Below are positions 1 to 13,408 of a DNA stretch of 62,862 bases, piece after piece. The position numbers and the translations under genes were made by a program. Source of the stretch: Guillardia theta CCMP2712 (Eukaryota > Protista > Cryptophyta); assembly GCF_000315625.1 (NCBI RefSeq), contig NW_005434596.1, positions 1-62,862 on the forward strand, written 5' to 3'. Numbering within the stretch: position 1 is the first letter of the stretch; every line of letters starts with the position of its first letter. The notes beneath the pieces were generated by a model. The model did not search any database and was not told the DNA's origin. It saw only the letters and a program-made list of their open reading frames with translations.

Positions 1-3000
1 GACCCCCCAAGGGCAACATGGCCTTGTGCAGGCCCGTGAGCTTGGCGACCTCCGTCCTCCCGTAGCACTCCAGCGACGCTCCCAGGAGGCCGATGCACTC
101 GTTGATCGTGAGGAAGTCGTATCCCGGCTCGAGGGCGAAGGAGGTGAAGTTGAGGGAGATGGAGGAGGCGCCTGGAGGCTGGATGATCCACCGGCAGTTG
201 CTCCCGTCCTCGTACAGGCTTGACAGTGCCGATCCGTCGGACATGGACCCTCTCGCCTCGTCAAACAGCTGGCACCGGCACTTGCCTGTGCAGGGCTTGA
301 GAGCTGAGCTGCAGATGCTGTCCTGCAGCTCCTGACAGGCTAGCGCGTGCTCCCCGCTGTTGCAGACAGGGGTCGAGCAAGCCCTGCAGGAGGACCCGGA
401 GACGTACTGGCCGGGAGCACAGCGAATCTTTTTGATGAGGATGCGAGTGTTCTGACAGTACTGGCCTGATGACAGCGCGTACAGCTCAGCGTCAGCTCGG
501 ATAGACTTGGTCAAGCCGTTGAGGGCCATGACGCGACCAGCAGTCACGTAGTTGTAGTTTGACGTGGCGTAGACTGTGCCGTCGGACACCACGAGCTGCT
601 GGAGACCCCACGGGTAGCGTGCGATGACCTCAACAGTGTCCGTGTCGTTGGGAGCTACTTGCCAGCCGGCCGGCAGCTGGACCATGCCGCACTGAAGCCT
701 CTGGTTGGAGCTCGATAAGGGCCCTTGCAGGGGGTCCCAAGGCTCCGTCATGTTGTCCATGAGCACGGCGTACTCGTCCCCGCTGCGAGAGGTGACGGCG
801 AAGATCCAGCCGCACTGGTAGAGCATCGCATCGGGATAGTCCTGCCTGCACGACCTCGTGATGTTGCACCGCATGGAGGCTGGCCTCACGACGACGTCGC
901 TCTCCGGTGACGGCGGGGGCTTGCAGGCGAGGCAACGCGTGCCTGACTGGAAGTATCCCGGCTGACAGCGCCAAGCGCACTCCTCGTCAGCGGCGTCGAG
1001 GAAGTAGGCGAAGTTGGGAGCGTTCATGCAGGGCACACAAGCGCCTTGACTGCGATAGTGACCCGTGCCGCATCGCCACTGGCAGACCTGACCGCTCGAC
1101 CCGTCGGCTTCCACATAGAGAGCGTTGCTTGGCTTGGGATACCTCGGGTCGCACGACGCGCATCCCTCATACGCCTTGTAGTATCCTGCCCGACAGGTCC
1201 ATCCGCACCCGCCTGGTCCCGAGGAGGCTACCGCGTTGGCCGGTAGGCTGCCCGAGCATGGCGTGCAGTCTTGATCGCCTCGGCCCACGTAGCCGTCATC
1301 ACACTCTAGGCGCACAAGCAGCATCCGCAGGGCGTAGTATCCGTTGTCGCAGGACGAGAGGGCGTAGGAGTTGCCGCTGCTGTAGAGCATGTTGCTGAAG
1401 ATGCGGGTGCCGGGCGTTTGGTAGCTCATGTAGTCCTGGTAAGGCTGCGCCGTCTGGTAAGCGACTCCGTTGGCGAGCACGATGGCTCGAGCTCCCCATG
1501 GGTACGACCCGACGACTCTCACAGCTTCCTCGCTCCATGGCGCCAGCGTCCAGCCCGCAGGAGGCTGCTGGTACCTGGAGCCGTCATGCTGGCAGCTGAG
1601 GTTGAGCGACGTGGGAGCGACGTCGTCGAAGGCTGCGTAGACCTTGCCGAGGTACCTCACCACGTGCGTCAAGCTGTTACTGACGTTACACGCCTCTCCA
1701 TGGCTCTCGCCGCTCGCGCAGGCCCACTGGCATGAGTTGGGCTGGTCCAGCAGGCCCGGGGTAGAGTAGAAGCGTAGGGGGGGATGGGGTTCGTGCAGGG
1801 GAAGCACACCATCCACTCGGAGCTCCGGTAGAAGCCGGCATTGCACTCCCAGGGACACTTGCTGTCCGCATATTGGCTGGGGCTGGAAGGAAGAGCATAG
1901 CTGGCGTTGGCAGGGATGGGGTTGGAGCAGGGGTAGCAGTAAGAGCCGGAGAGGTAGAACCCGGGAGCACAGAAGAGCGACATGAGAAGAATGTCGCTGC
2001 ACGTGTTCCAAGATCGATACATACCGTCATATCCGATCAGTGAGTTGGATCCCCATCTATATGGGTAGTTACAGCATTGACAGCTGCTGGTGTACCAGAT
2101 AGAGCTGTCGGATAGCTGGAGGTAACATACTCCCCACCGCTGAGTCGCGATCGCCATCTGACTGTCCCCGGTGTTAGCAGCTATCGCCCAGCCCGCCGGG
2201 ATGCTGCTAAAGGTCAAGGGTGTGTTGCACTGGTAGGGGTCGTCGGGCCGGTGGCCTTGTAGGGTGGTGTAGAATCGGTTGCCGTACTGGAACATCTCGC
2301 ACTTGCTGGCGTTGACGTTGCTCCCTCCCCCCTGAGATCGATAGTGACCGAAGTCGCACGCCCAGCCGCATGCCGTCCCGTTGCTGCCCTCCCGCAGCCA
2401 GTGAGCCGCCCGCGGCTTCCTGTCCTCGCACGCGACGCACTGACTGTCCTTGAGGAGGTAGCCCGCGCTGCATCGCCACCCGCACTCTGTCCACGACCCG
2501 TTGACCCCCCCCGGCCCGTACGCTACGTACTCCGCGTGCTCCGGCGCCGTCTCGCACGCCTGACACGCCTCGCCTCGTCGCGTGTAGCCCGGGCTCGCAG
2601 CCCACGGGCAGACGCTGTCGGCGTAGCGGCTGGGGTCCTGCTGGGCGACGTAGAGGGCGTGAGGGGGGATGGGGTTGGAGCAGTTGCCGCAGCTCGAGTC
2701 GTTACGGAGGTAGTAGCCCGCCGCGCAGTACTGCGACACGAGCAGGATCGACCCGCACGAGTCTGTCGACCTGTACATGCCGTCGTACGACACCAGCGAG
2801 TAGCAGCACTCTGACTGAGGCGACGACCATGATGACGAGCTACACCCAGACGTGTACCAATTAGAGCCGTCTGACATCATCAGCCTGCAGGGGCCCCAGG
2901 TGTACATCCACGCTGTCATGCGGCTGTCCCCGGTGTTGGCAGCTATCGCCCAGCCCGCCGGGATTGCCTTCAGCCTGGCATAGTTACACCCATAGTAGGG

Positions 3001-6000
3001 CCCGTACGGGGAGGAGCCGTCGAGGGCGGCGTAGTATCGGTTGCCGTGAGAGCGCAGCAGAACACAATCTCCGTCTGCCGACGCGAAGTAGCCGAAGTCG
3101 CACGCCCAGCCGCATGCCGTCCCGTTGCTGCCCTCCCGCAGCCAGTGAGCCGCCCGCGGCTTCCTGTCCTCGCACGCGACGCACTGACCGTCCTTGAGGA
3201 GGTAGCCCGCGCTGCATCGCCACCCGCACTCCGTCCACGACCCGTTGACCCCACCCGGCCCGTACGCTACGTACTCCGCGTGCTCCGGCGCCGTCTCGCA
3301 CGCCTGACACGCCTCGCCTCGTCGCGTGTAGCCGGGCTCGCAGGCCCACGGGCAGACGCTGTCGGCGTAGCGGCTGGGGTCCTGCTGGGCGACGTAGAGG
3401 GCGTGAGGGGGGATGGGGTTGGAGCAGTTGCCGCAGCTCGAGTCGTTACGGAGGTAGTAGCCCGCCGCGCAGTACTGCGACACGAGCAGGATCGACCCGT
3501 ACCTGTCTGTCGACCTGTACATGCCGTCGTACGACACCAGCGAGTAGCAGCACTCTGACTGAGGCGACGACCATGATGACGAGCTACACCCAGACGTGTA
3601 CCAATTAGAGCCGTCTGACATCATCAGCCTGCAGGGGCCCCAGGTGTACATCCACGCTGTCATGCGGCTGTCCCCGGTGTTGGCAGCTATCGCCCAGCCC
3701 GCCGGAATCGCCTTCAGCCCGACATTGACGTTGTAATAGTACCAGTAGTAATTGTAACTGTTATCTCCCCTCCATAGAGAGGAGCCGTCGAGGGCGGCGT
3801 AGTATCGGTTGCCGTACGAGCGCAGCGGCAGACAGTCTCCGTCTGCCGACGCGAAGTAGCCGAAGTCGCACGCCCAGCCGCATGCCGTCCCGTTGCTGCC
3901 CTCCCGCAGCCAGTGAGCCGCCCGCGGCTTCCTGTCCTCGCACGCGACGCACTGACCGTCCTTGAGGAGGTAGCCCGCGCTGCATCGCCACCCGCACTCC
4001 GTCCACGACCCGTTGACCCCACCCGGCCCGTACGCTACGTACTCCGCGTGCTCCGGCGCCGTCTCGCACGCCTGACACGCCTCGCCTCGTCGCGTGTAGC
4101 CGGGCTCGCAGGCCCACGGGCAGACGCTGTCGGCGTAGCGGCTGGGGTCCTGCTGGGCGACGTAGAGGGCGTGAGGGGGGATGGGGTTGGAGCAGTTGCC
4201 GCAGCTCGAGTCGTTACGGAGGTAGTAGCCTGCCGCGCAGTACTGCGACACGAGCAGGATCGACCCGCACGAGTCTGTCGACCTGTACATGCCGTCGTAC
4301 GACACCAGCGAGTAGCAGCACTCTGACTGAGGCGATGACGACGACGTACACCAGGAGCTGTACCAGGAAGAGCCGTCTGACATCATCAGCCTGCAGGGGC
4401 CCCAGGTGTACATCCACGCTGTCATGCGGCTGTCCCCGGTGTTGGCAGCTATCGCCCAGCCCGCAGGGATCGCCCTCAGCCCACCGTTGCAGTTGTTGGG
4501 ATCATACGGAGAGGAGCCGTCGAGGGCGGCGTAGTATCGGTTGCCGTACGAGCGCAGCGGCAGACAGTCTCCGTCTGCCGACGCGAAGTAGCCGAAGTCG
4601 CACGCCCAGCCGCATGCCGTCCCGCTGCTGCCCTCCCGCAGCCAGTGAGCCGCCCGCGGCTTCCTGTCCTCGCACGCGACGCACTGACCGTCCTTGAGGA
4701 GGTAGCCCGCGCTGCATCGCCATTGGCACTCGTACTCGATTTCGTGTCTCATCGTCAACTGGACATACTCAGCATGGGCTGGCAGCGTCGCTCGGTCACA
4801 AGCTACACAATGATCGGCTTGCTGCTTGTAGCCGGCGTTACACACATATGCACAGGTGGAGATGAGCTGGTTGTCTGCTGCTATAAGACTGCCATATGAC
4901 GAGTTGGCAGGCAGCGCGTTACTGCAGGGCACACAGCTTGAGCCGCTCTTGAGATATCCCGGGGCACATTCAGTAGACCTCAGCAGAACTCCCTTGTCAC
5001 AACCATTTGCCTTGTACATGCCGTTGTAGGAGCTCAGATATCCCCAGCAGCATTGCTGCGGACTGGTAGAGCTAGTGCTGCGAGCTGTGTACCACAGAGA
5101 GCCATCTGAAAACACCAAGTAGTTCGATCCCCAGGTGAAGTACCAAGTGACGTACTGACTGTCTTGGTCGTTGGGGGCGAGCTCCCATCCTGCCGGTACC
5201 GGCAAGTACGGATCGTCACGGCAGGTGTAGGGGTCGTTGGGAGCTCTGCCGCTCAGAGTCGTGTAGTATCTTCCGGCGTACTTGGTCCCGACGCACCTTC
5301 CGTTGCTCCTCACATACCCGAACCGACATGACCACTCGCACTGCCTCCCGCTGACTTCGCCTGCTGTGAAGTAGGCGAACTCTGGCAGACTCGTCTCGCA
5401 GGCTTTGCATGCCCCGTCTTGGAGGTAGTAGCCTGCATGGCACGTCCAGCTGCAGCTCTCTCCGGGCTCGCTCGTGGTGTACACAGCATTGGGAGGGGCT
5501 ACCGAGCAGGCAACACAAGAGCTCCCGTAAGCATCCCTGTAGTAGCCGGCGTCGCATTGCCAGTCGCAGTTGTTCTTGTTTGCAGGCGAGCCGCTGCTGT
5601 TGTAGGTGGCGTGATCAGGCTTGTAGCTGCTGCACGGAATGCAGCGGGTCATGTTGGAGGGATCCCTGTAGTAGCCCGCGAGACAGTCCTCTGCTACCAC
5701 CAGCACCGTCCCACAGCTGTCTCGTGACGTGAACATCCCGTCGTAGTTGTACAGTCGCGACGTACAGCACATGCCTCCGTATCCTGTGTTCCATGCCGTC
5801 CCGTCCTCCAGCACGACATTGCTGGCCCCCCACGGGTACTGAGACACCACAGAGATGCTGTCGCCTGTGTTGGGCGCTATCACCCACCCCTCCGGCAGGG
5901 CTCTCGCTCCCTCCCAGCTGCAGGTCGAGCTGTCGTATGGGGCTCTCCCTCCCAAGCTCGCATAGCGCTGTCCGTTGTATCCTACGGTGATGTCGTCGCA

Positions 6001-8561
6001 AGAGCTGCTCCCGCTCTGACGATAACCAAAGTCGCACGCCCACGAGCAGCCTGACCCCTCCCAGTGAGCATTGGGAGGCAGCGAAGACGCGCAGGCCTCG
6101 CATCGCCATCCGTCGACCTCGCGGTAGCCCGGCAAGCAGCTCCAAGCACAGCTGTCTGCCTTGCCCATCAGCCCGGCGCCCACGTAGACGGCAGCAGAAG
6201 GCTTGCCCGCACACTTGGAGCACGTCGAGCCTGACGGGTAGAAGCCAACCTGACAGCTCCACCCGCAGCTGCTCGCCTCCTGAGGGTAGGGCGAGAGCAC
6301 GTACTGTGCGCCGGAAGGGATGGTGTTGGAGCATGGGACACAGCGAGACGCGTTCGTCGATCCGCTTGCAGAGGCTGCAGGAGCGACGGCCATGTAGCCC
6401 GATGCGCATACGGGAGCGAGGAGCAGAACTCGAGCTTCGCAATCTGACGAGCGATAGTAAACTCTGTCATACGTCGAGAGATAGCCGCTACTGTAGTACG
6501 AGCCCGGGTATTGCCAGTAGTACCAATACCAATAATACCAGTTATCTCCTGACATGACGCTGTTGGTGAAGTAGCTCGAGCTGCTGTCCAGCACAAGCCG
6601 AAGAGCTCCCCAGTCGTACTTGGCGGTGACGTTGATGCTGATCTCGTTGTCCGGAGCGATCGACCAGCCCGCAGGCAGCGGCAGGTACTCCTGCCATTCC
6701 GACACACAGCCCCACATGGAGTACTGCGACGTAGGACCGTACCCGCCAAGAGTCGAGAACACGTACCCCTCCTCTTCCACTACCTCCTGCCAGGCACAGG
6801 AGTCCGACCCCTCCCCGCGCCCTGCCGACACAAACACAGCGTTGGCCGGCCTCTTGGTGCAGGGCATGCACACGCTCCCTGACTTGTAGAAGCCAACGTC
6901 GCACGTCCACCCGCAGAGCTCGTCGGAGTAGCTGGCGTTGCTGGGCTTCCCTTCGCACTCAGCGCAGCTCTCGCCTTTGAGGTAGAACCCGGGTTGGCAT
7001 ATCCAATTGCACGACTGCGATGCCGTAGAGAAGTCGGAGGAGTAGATGGCGTTGGGAGGGATGGAGTTGTTGCACAGCACGCACGGCAAGTCAAGCATCA
7101 CATACGGCGACGGCACACCAGAGACAAGCAGACGAGCCTCACGGTCGGGCATGGAGAAAGACGTCAAAGTTGACCCCCTGCCGTCGCTCATCATGTACAT
7201 GGTCGAGAAGTAGGTGTTCTGCATGCCGATCGCGACCCGCAAGGTGTTGTTGGCAAAGAAAGTCACCTCGAAGATGAGGTTCGGATGCCCCGGGAGCCCC
7301 GAGGTAGACGAGGTCCCCTCGAACCTCACCACGTACCCCCGCATGTCTCCCTCCCTGGTGGGGGTCCCGACGATCAGCTGGGCTGAAGTGTCTCCAGCTC
7401 CGACAAACAGAGTCGGGACGTAAGGATTGCTGGCTGACAGGGAGGTGTAGGTCGACCAGGCTTGTCCGAAGGTCAAGTAGCTGTTGGACGATATGTACAC
7501 CGATGATTGCACGTTGTTCCCTCCAACGCAGAAGGGAAACCCAAGGTCCGGCACTCTCCAGCTCCCGTCATCGACAGAGCTTGGCGAGAGGATGTAGGAC
7601 CAATTTCTTCCTACCGCCAGGTCTGACTTGAGGTAGGATGTGTTGAGGATCGTCGCATTCGGAGGGCCTTGGAAGTGCGCAGGCGCTGGGTCTGCAGTCG
7701 CGGAGTCTCGATACCTCGTGGAGCAGAAGTCTGGGGTCTGACCTTGCGGGCATCCCACGTACACGATCAGTATCCGCATGTTGCAAGACGCCGGCCAGTA
7801 CAAGCCGTCGCTGCTGCGTAGAGAGGAGCCTCCATTGGAGCAATACCAGCATGTTGTGCGATAGTATGAGCCGCTTTCGACCAACATGTAATCGGTTCCC
7901 CAAGTGTACTGACTGATGACTTCTCTCGACCGCCAGTCATCCGGAGCGATGGCCCAGCCCTTCGGCAGCCGCAAGGCTTGTGTCTGGCAGTCTTCGTTGG
8001 TGCTGGTCCTCTCCGACATGTAGTATGTGCCGTCGAGGGTGGCAAACTTTCTGCCGCCGTACATGACGCTAGGAAGATCGTCTCCGCGCCGCTCTCCGTC
8101 ATCCTCAGATATCTGATAAATATCAAGGTCAGCAGCTGATGCTTCAGAGATCGTCATGTCACCATGGAGTTGTCGCGGAGCGAGTACTTGCTGTCCGCAG
8201 ATCCCACAGATCGCTGGAGGTCGACATGAAGCGCTCTCAAGTGCGCATTTGATGATGCAAGCGAAGTAGAAACTCCCTTGCGATGAGCTCGATCGCCTTG
8301 ACTCATCGGGCGCAGCTTGTCAGAAGCCGGCATCTTGCTTGAAGAGGAACGCAGCTGACGGTCAAGAGAGTCCTCCTGAGCGATCAATTGCTGGATCTCC
8401 ATCAGGCGTGAGGTGATGGGGGACGAGGCAGATCTCTGAGAGGGGCTGGTAGGCTGTTGATGCAGAGCATCGTCTCCTGTGGCTGAAACAGAAGCAGAGA
8501 CAGAGAAAACAAAAAGGAAAGCGAAAACAATCCCAAGACTCATCAGGCTGATGCGAGCCAT
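1..8561 (-). CDS. Giant secreted cysteine-rich repeat protein, paralogue A (NIDO-like + TNFR-like Cys repeats + CUB). The 3' end runs off the window, and there is a 1-nt deletion at ~1772.
   Basis: Signal peptide MARISLMSLGIVFAFLFVFSVSASVSA starts at ATG 8561. A 50-nt GT..CTGAC..AG intron (8113-8162) joins ORF 8154-8606 in frame to ORF 1669-8157. NIDO-like DDGSWRVPDLGFPF..VYISSNSYLTFG, and many CxxC..PxNA.Y..CxWxCxxGY repeats. Bases 1-1770 are near-identical to the C-terminal, CUB-coding part of paralogue B. Confidence 0.85.
2345..4722 (-). repeat. Three intragenic tandem repeats (periods ~744 and ~762 bp) in paralogue A
   Basis: Anchor gcc(t/c)tcagcc at 2966, 3710 and 4472. Cys-rich linkers are nearly identical while one loop varies. 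Confidence 0.95.
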
Positions 8562-9258
8562 GTCGCGAGAAAATTGAGACTGGAAGAAGAGATCGGTCAG
8601 AAGCATTCAAGAATGGTTGAAGAATGACGAAAAACTTGTGGAAGCAAGGTGATAGTTTTGCATAAGAAACAAATGGAGAAGCAAAATTCACAAAAAAGAA
8701 TGAGAAAAGTAATGCACTTGGTTGACATAGAATCCATAATGCAAGAATTTCAGTTTGCAGGGGCTGTTGAAGAGAGTGAGGCTGGTCAAGATTGCGGGTG
8801 CGAAAGACTAGAGCTGAGATATTCGAAGGGGACAACATGAAGTGAGGAGAGGATGATTCATTTCTAGAGCGATTGAGGAGGAGAGCAAGGAAAGGAAGCA
8901 TCTGGAGGGCACAGGAGAGCAGAAGCCGGGCAAGGCCATGGCCATGGGGAGCGGGAGGGATCCAGTGGATAAGTGCCAGCGATCAAATTCGGAGAACAAC
9001 GTGACTACCCCTACCCTGATTGACTTAGGAAGTACCCCTCTCGTCCAAAGGAAATTAGTGAGCTACACACCCCTATGATGGATGACCCACCCTAGCAATA
9101 CTTTCATGCCCGTGATCCTCTTTTCGACCACCGGTACTTGTGATGCCCCTGGTACTCGAGCAGTTGCGGGAGCTAGTTTACGTAAGGACGACCACCCCTT
9201 CTACATAGTTCGACCACCCCCTGTATGAACATAATAATGATGGGATCGATCAGAGACT

Positions 9259-9380
9259 TTATAGTACTGCCGGTACACTCTAACTTGATGAATTATTAAA
9301 CCGGCGTACTTTTCGTGCCACCTTTTTTTGTCTGAGGCTTGAGCGAGGCTGACTGAGAAATCACTCGTGGCCCCTCGCCG
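9259..9380 (-). repeat. ~120-bp dispersed repeat, inverted copy of 47176-47293, with an internal hairpin and a T7 run
   Basis: The reverse complement matches 47176-47293 with few differences (ccacgagtgatttctcagtcagcctc..caagcctcagacaaaaaaaggtggcacgaaaagtacgccggtttaa..ttcatcaagttagag..accggcagtactataa). Confidence 0.95.
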
Positions 9381-9414
9381 TCCGGGCCCGGCCGATTTCG
9401 CCGGGTCGTCGACG

Positions 9415-10531
9415 ATGGAAGGAGGGATGGGTGAAGATGGAGGAGGAGGAGGAGGAGGAGGAGGAGGCATGACGATGGGGCTGGTCAGTGGCCTACAGGT
9501 GAGGGACACGGATGATCTCAAGATGCCTCATTTTGATGACTCAAATCATTGATACTCTCATAAGAAATGCTTGTTGATGAGTAGCAGTGCAGCTATTATT
9601 GACAAAGGTTCAACAGGCCTGCACGTCTCTGGTCTTGGTGGTGGTTCTGTTGAAAGATTTCTGGCCTGGCCCGTAGGTTTTACAATGACACAACTAGGAT
9701 CTAATGGTTTGTCAGCATGATGTACGGGTGTATGAGCGTCGTCACGGCGTTGGTTGGGCTTCTCTGTTCTTGCTTTCCCAGGTATGCAAGAAAGGCTGCT
9801 TCAGAACTCACATCAGTGCAGCCTGCTGTACTCGTATTACATCCTGAACGCATTGGTGATGAAAAGATCTCGAGCCTGCTATGGAGATTGATGGTTCGCA
9901 GTGCCTGGGGCTGGTGGTTGACCCAGCAATATCTCAGATTCAAGAATGCGCGGTGAGGACAAAGAACGGGACCCAGTTACAAATGCTGGATTTGCTGACT
10001 GTGAAACAGAGTTGCACGCCATCAGATTGTTCTTGTTCCATCTGGCTGTACTAGCAGCTACGCCTTATTCTTGTATCGGTGACATCCTGGTAGAATCCTC
10101 TGCCTCTGTGCAGGGTTGGTCTTTCAAGTGTTCGGCATTGCGACAGCCATGTCGGTGAATAGCCAACCTGTAACGTCGGAGATGGCCGACCACTTTCAGA
10201 GGAGAGAAAACGAAGAGCAGAGGTTCGACCAGTTGGCAGAGATGCTTTGCTGAATTGATCTCAAGTGCTAGCCAACTTCCGACCAGAAGCAATCTGACAG
10301 AGCGATTGATCCAGAGAGGTGCAGATGCTGGCAAGAATCTTTTTGGATGACAGCTTTGCAGATCAAAGTGAACCGCCTGATGATGTAGAAAGAGGTACCA
10401 CCGAAAGAGAACGAGCGGCAAAGAGGGACCAGGTCAGTTCGATTGTTTGCTGCGCTTCTTGTCTCAGAGAGCTGCAGAGGGAGAAGATATCTGAAGAGGC
10501 TCGAAGAATGGCAAAATCTGTGTTTGGATGA
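9415..10531 (+). CDS. Hypothetical multi-exon protein with an N-terminal poly-Gly tract
   Basis: ATG 9415 (MEGGMGEDGGGG..) followed by a gtgag donor at 9499. Several coding-like ORF pieces (9717-9956, 10319-10531) are separated by short intron-like gaps. No family recognised. Confidence 0.45.
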
Positions 10532-10599
10532 AACATGGTTCTCAGCATTCTGCTGCCGAGATGTATATTACAACTTCAAAGAATTCTAGTAAATTGTTT

Positions 10600-12615
10600 T
10601 CATGTCGATTTAAAAGCTCGACGTGTCAAATCCTTTGCCCAAAGATAGTCCAGACTACATCGCAATGTTAGAACAACGAAATCAGCGAGGTGGTAACAGC
10701 ATACCGTAAGGAACTCTCGAGAGCCGGCTATCTTCCTCTTCATCTTCGTCCTCAGCTCTTCTTGTGTCAGCGGACGAGCATCGTCGTCCTTCTCCTCGTC
10801 GTCCGACTTCTCATCGCCGCTCTTGTCGTCCCTGCAGTTCACCATCACTCGCTACCTTCCACCTCCTAACCTCCTCACGTGTCGATCTTGGGCGGCTGCA
10901 CTTTGACGAGGGAGGCTCCGACAGGACCAGCAGGGCCCAGCCCGAGGGGGCTCTTCGAGGACAGCGTGATACCTTTCTTGACGACCTCGTCGGGTACAGT
11001 GATGCCCTCATGAAGTAGCTCGTAGATCAGTTCGGAGGCTCGCTGCTCGATGATGCCAAGGAAGAACATCATGTTGTTGTCAGTGATCACCGGGTGCCCG
11101 TCCTCGCACTGAAAGCTGTTCTGGACATCAAGTAACTTTGAGCATCCCAGCTCCTCGTACATCCTCCGAATGATTTTGAGGATCTCTTGGACTTTGGAGG
11201 ACTCATCTTCCTCGCGTTCGAGAAGGTCCTCGGCTTTTGCCTGCACCCTCGCAAGTTCTTCCTCTATCTCCTTCTGATACTCCAGCTTCTTGACGTCATT
11301 CTTTGAAACGTTTTCAACGGAGAACTCTCTTTTGATCTTGTTAACCTCTTCTGTTAATCTTTCCTCCTCCTTGTTCAGTTCGTTCACAAATCTGAACAAT
11401 TTGAAATTTTGATTCTCAGCCTCCAAGAAAGTTTCCACCAACTCATCAATATCCTTCAAACCTGTAGCCTCTTGCAATTGCGTGAAAGCTCTTTCAAAGT
11501 TCTCCAAGTCTGCCTTTGAAGCCTCATACTTGGAAGTGATTTCATGCAGCTGAGCTTTCTGTGCAGCGTCATCTTCATGGAACTTTAACTTTCGTGCTTC
11601 GTCCTCAATCCGAGCTTTTACTTGCCTTCTTCGTTTCTCCTCGCTCTCCATCTCGTTGTCCAGTTTTCGCCATTCTGCATCAAATTCTTGTTGATTCTTG
11701 AGAAGCTCAGCTTGATAGTACTTAATCTTCTTCTGAGCCTCGTCCCTGGTTTCCAGAGCGACGTTGGTCACTTCAATTGTATTCGCGATCTCTGTTTTCT
11801 TCTGAAACAGAAGAGATTCCATCTTGGTATGGATTCTGTCAAACTGAAGCCGTTCTTTCCTGAGATGCTCAATCTCTTCCCTAAGTTTCTTATTCACCAC
11901 CAATGATTCATTGAATCGTATCAAAGTTTTTTGCATTCGACCCTCCAGCATAGCAAGCTTCTTCTTCACCTTGCTTTCTTCTTTGTAGGACAGTGCCCGA
12001 CAAACATCATTCTTATTTCGGAACTTTTCTCCGTTTGGGGCTAACCAGTGTGTCATGCTCCCTTCCTTGATTGTCTTGTACCCCATTGTTTCAAGCTCTT
12101 CCATACTCAGGTTTGCTGGTCTTGACTTTGCCCGTATTCGATCTTGTATATCGTCGATTTTACTTGATATCGACTCAATCTCCCGTTCAAGGGCTTCATT
12201 TTGCCTCTTGTCAAGTTCAAGTTTGGCCGTGAACGTGTCGCTCTGGTCGTTGAGTTTTGATTGGTACTCTTCTAGATCCATGAGGGTCTTGATGCTGGGC
12301 CTGCTCATGTCATTCACTTTCACACGCAGACGTTCATTTTCTTCTCGGAGATGTTGCTCTTGTTTCCTGCAACATCCGTCACTTTCATCCCATTCACGTT
12401 GCCTCGTATACTACCTCTGATATTCCAATTTGCTCTCGCAATCTTTCTTCAACTGCGAGTTTTCTTTTTCAAGGAGTTTCACCACTCGTCTCAGCTGCTT
12501 CAACGCTACAGCAGCAGTCATGAACATTCTTTCATAAGTATTCCTCACCTTTCTGCTCATCAGGCCCTGGAGAACCCCCGATCTGTTCAGGAAGATCCGT
12601 GAGAAACGTCGGCAT
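10600..12615 (-). CDS. ODAD1: Outer dynein arm docking complex subunit (ODA1/DC2, CCDC114/CCDC63 family)
   Basis: Coiled coil with AFTQLQEATGLKDIDELVETFLEAENQNFKLFRFVNELN, ITDNNMMFFLGIIEQR and an acidic tail ending RPLTQEEL. Probable first exon MPTFLTDLPEQ from 12615. Confidence 0.8.
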
Positions 12616-13038
12616 TGTCACTGGCAGGGAAATCGATCCGTGATTCAGACTTGTGCTCTAGACAGATCTAGATCAGTCAGAAGACTTGAAGGGAGATGGA
12701 ACATGTATACCTTGATTATCTCATTATGAGGCTTAACATCAGGTCATTCCCTTGTATCTTCCAAGATGCATCAGACCTTGAATGTATGACTGTCAGTGAT
12801 ATTATTCCTCCACTTGTCACTTTTGGTTGTTCTGGCACTCACGAAATACATGCTCCACTTTATCCTACCCATGGTCTCCCACCTCCTCTCACCCTCTTCA
12901 TCTTACATACACCAAAACCTCTCTTCAATCCCTTATTTTCTCCTCCGCCTTATCTATGGCTTATCATTCTCCTTATTCGCTATCTAATCATCAAATCCCT
13001 TGTATCTGTTTCTCGCTTCTCTTTCTACCTTTCATCGC

Positions 13039-13205
13039 TCTTCTTCTTCTTGCTTCTTGCTTCTGCTTCGTCTTCTGCTTCGTCTTCTGCTTCTGCTTCG
13101 TCTTCTGCTTCTGCTTCTGCTTCTGCTTCTGCTTCTGATTCTCCTTCGTCCTCCTCCTCCTCCTCCTCCTCCTCCTCCTCCTCCTCCTCCTCCTCCTCCT
13201 CCTCC
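13039..13205. repeat. Compound microsatellite (CTT/CTTCTG)n followed by (TCC)n
   Basis: Directly visible. It generates spurious poly-S/E/G/R ORFs. Confidence 0.97.
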
Positions 13206-13408
13206 ATCTTCTTCCTTGCCCTCCTCGTTCACGCATCTCCTACTCACCATGATTTCCGTTAGGCTCGGACCTACCCCTTCCCTTTTCACCCCCACCCCCA
13301 CCTCCGCCTTGTTTGATGTAGATAACTACCCTACCCCCTTATTCCGATGTTTCTGAACCCCCTTCACTTCCAGCTTCGCTTCCAACTGACGGCGGGGCTA
13401 CGCTCCTA

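Noticed and set aside
26-8126. Many overlapping alternative-frame and antisense ORFs here, at 37996-42442 and at 51055-59579
   Set aside because: These are shadow ORFs of GC-rich coding DNA, and their recurrence merely reflects DNA duplication.
9285-9352. C/D snoRNA (TGATGA ... CTGA) within the 120-bp repeat
   Set aside because: The boxes are not flanked by a terminal stem, box C sits inside a hairpin loop, and no rRNA antisense element was recognised.
12696-13356. Poly-S/E/G/R/P ORFs on both strands
   Set aside because: These are artefacts of stop-free microsatellites.
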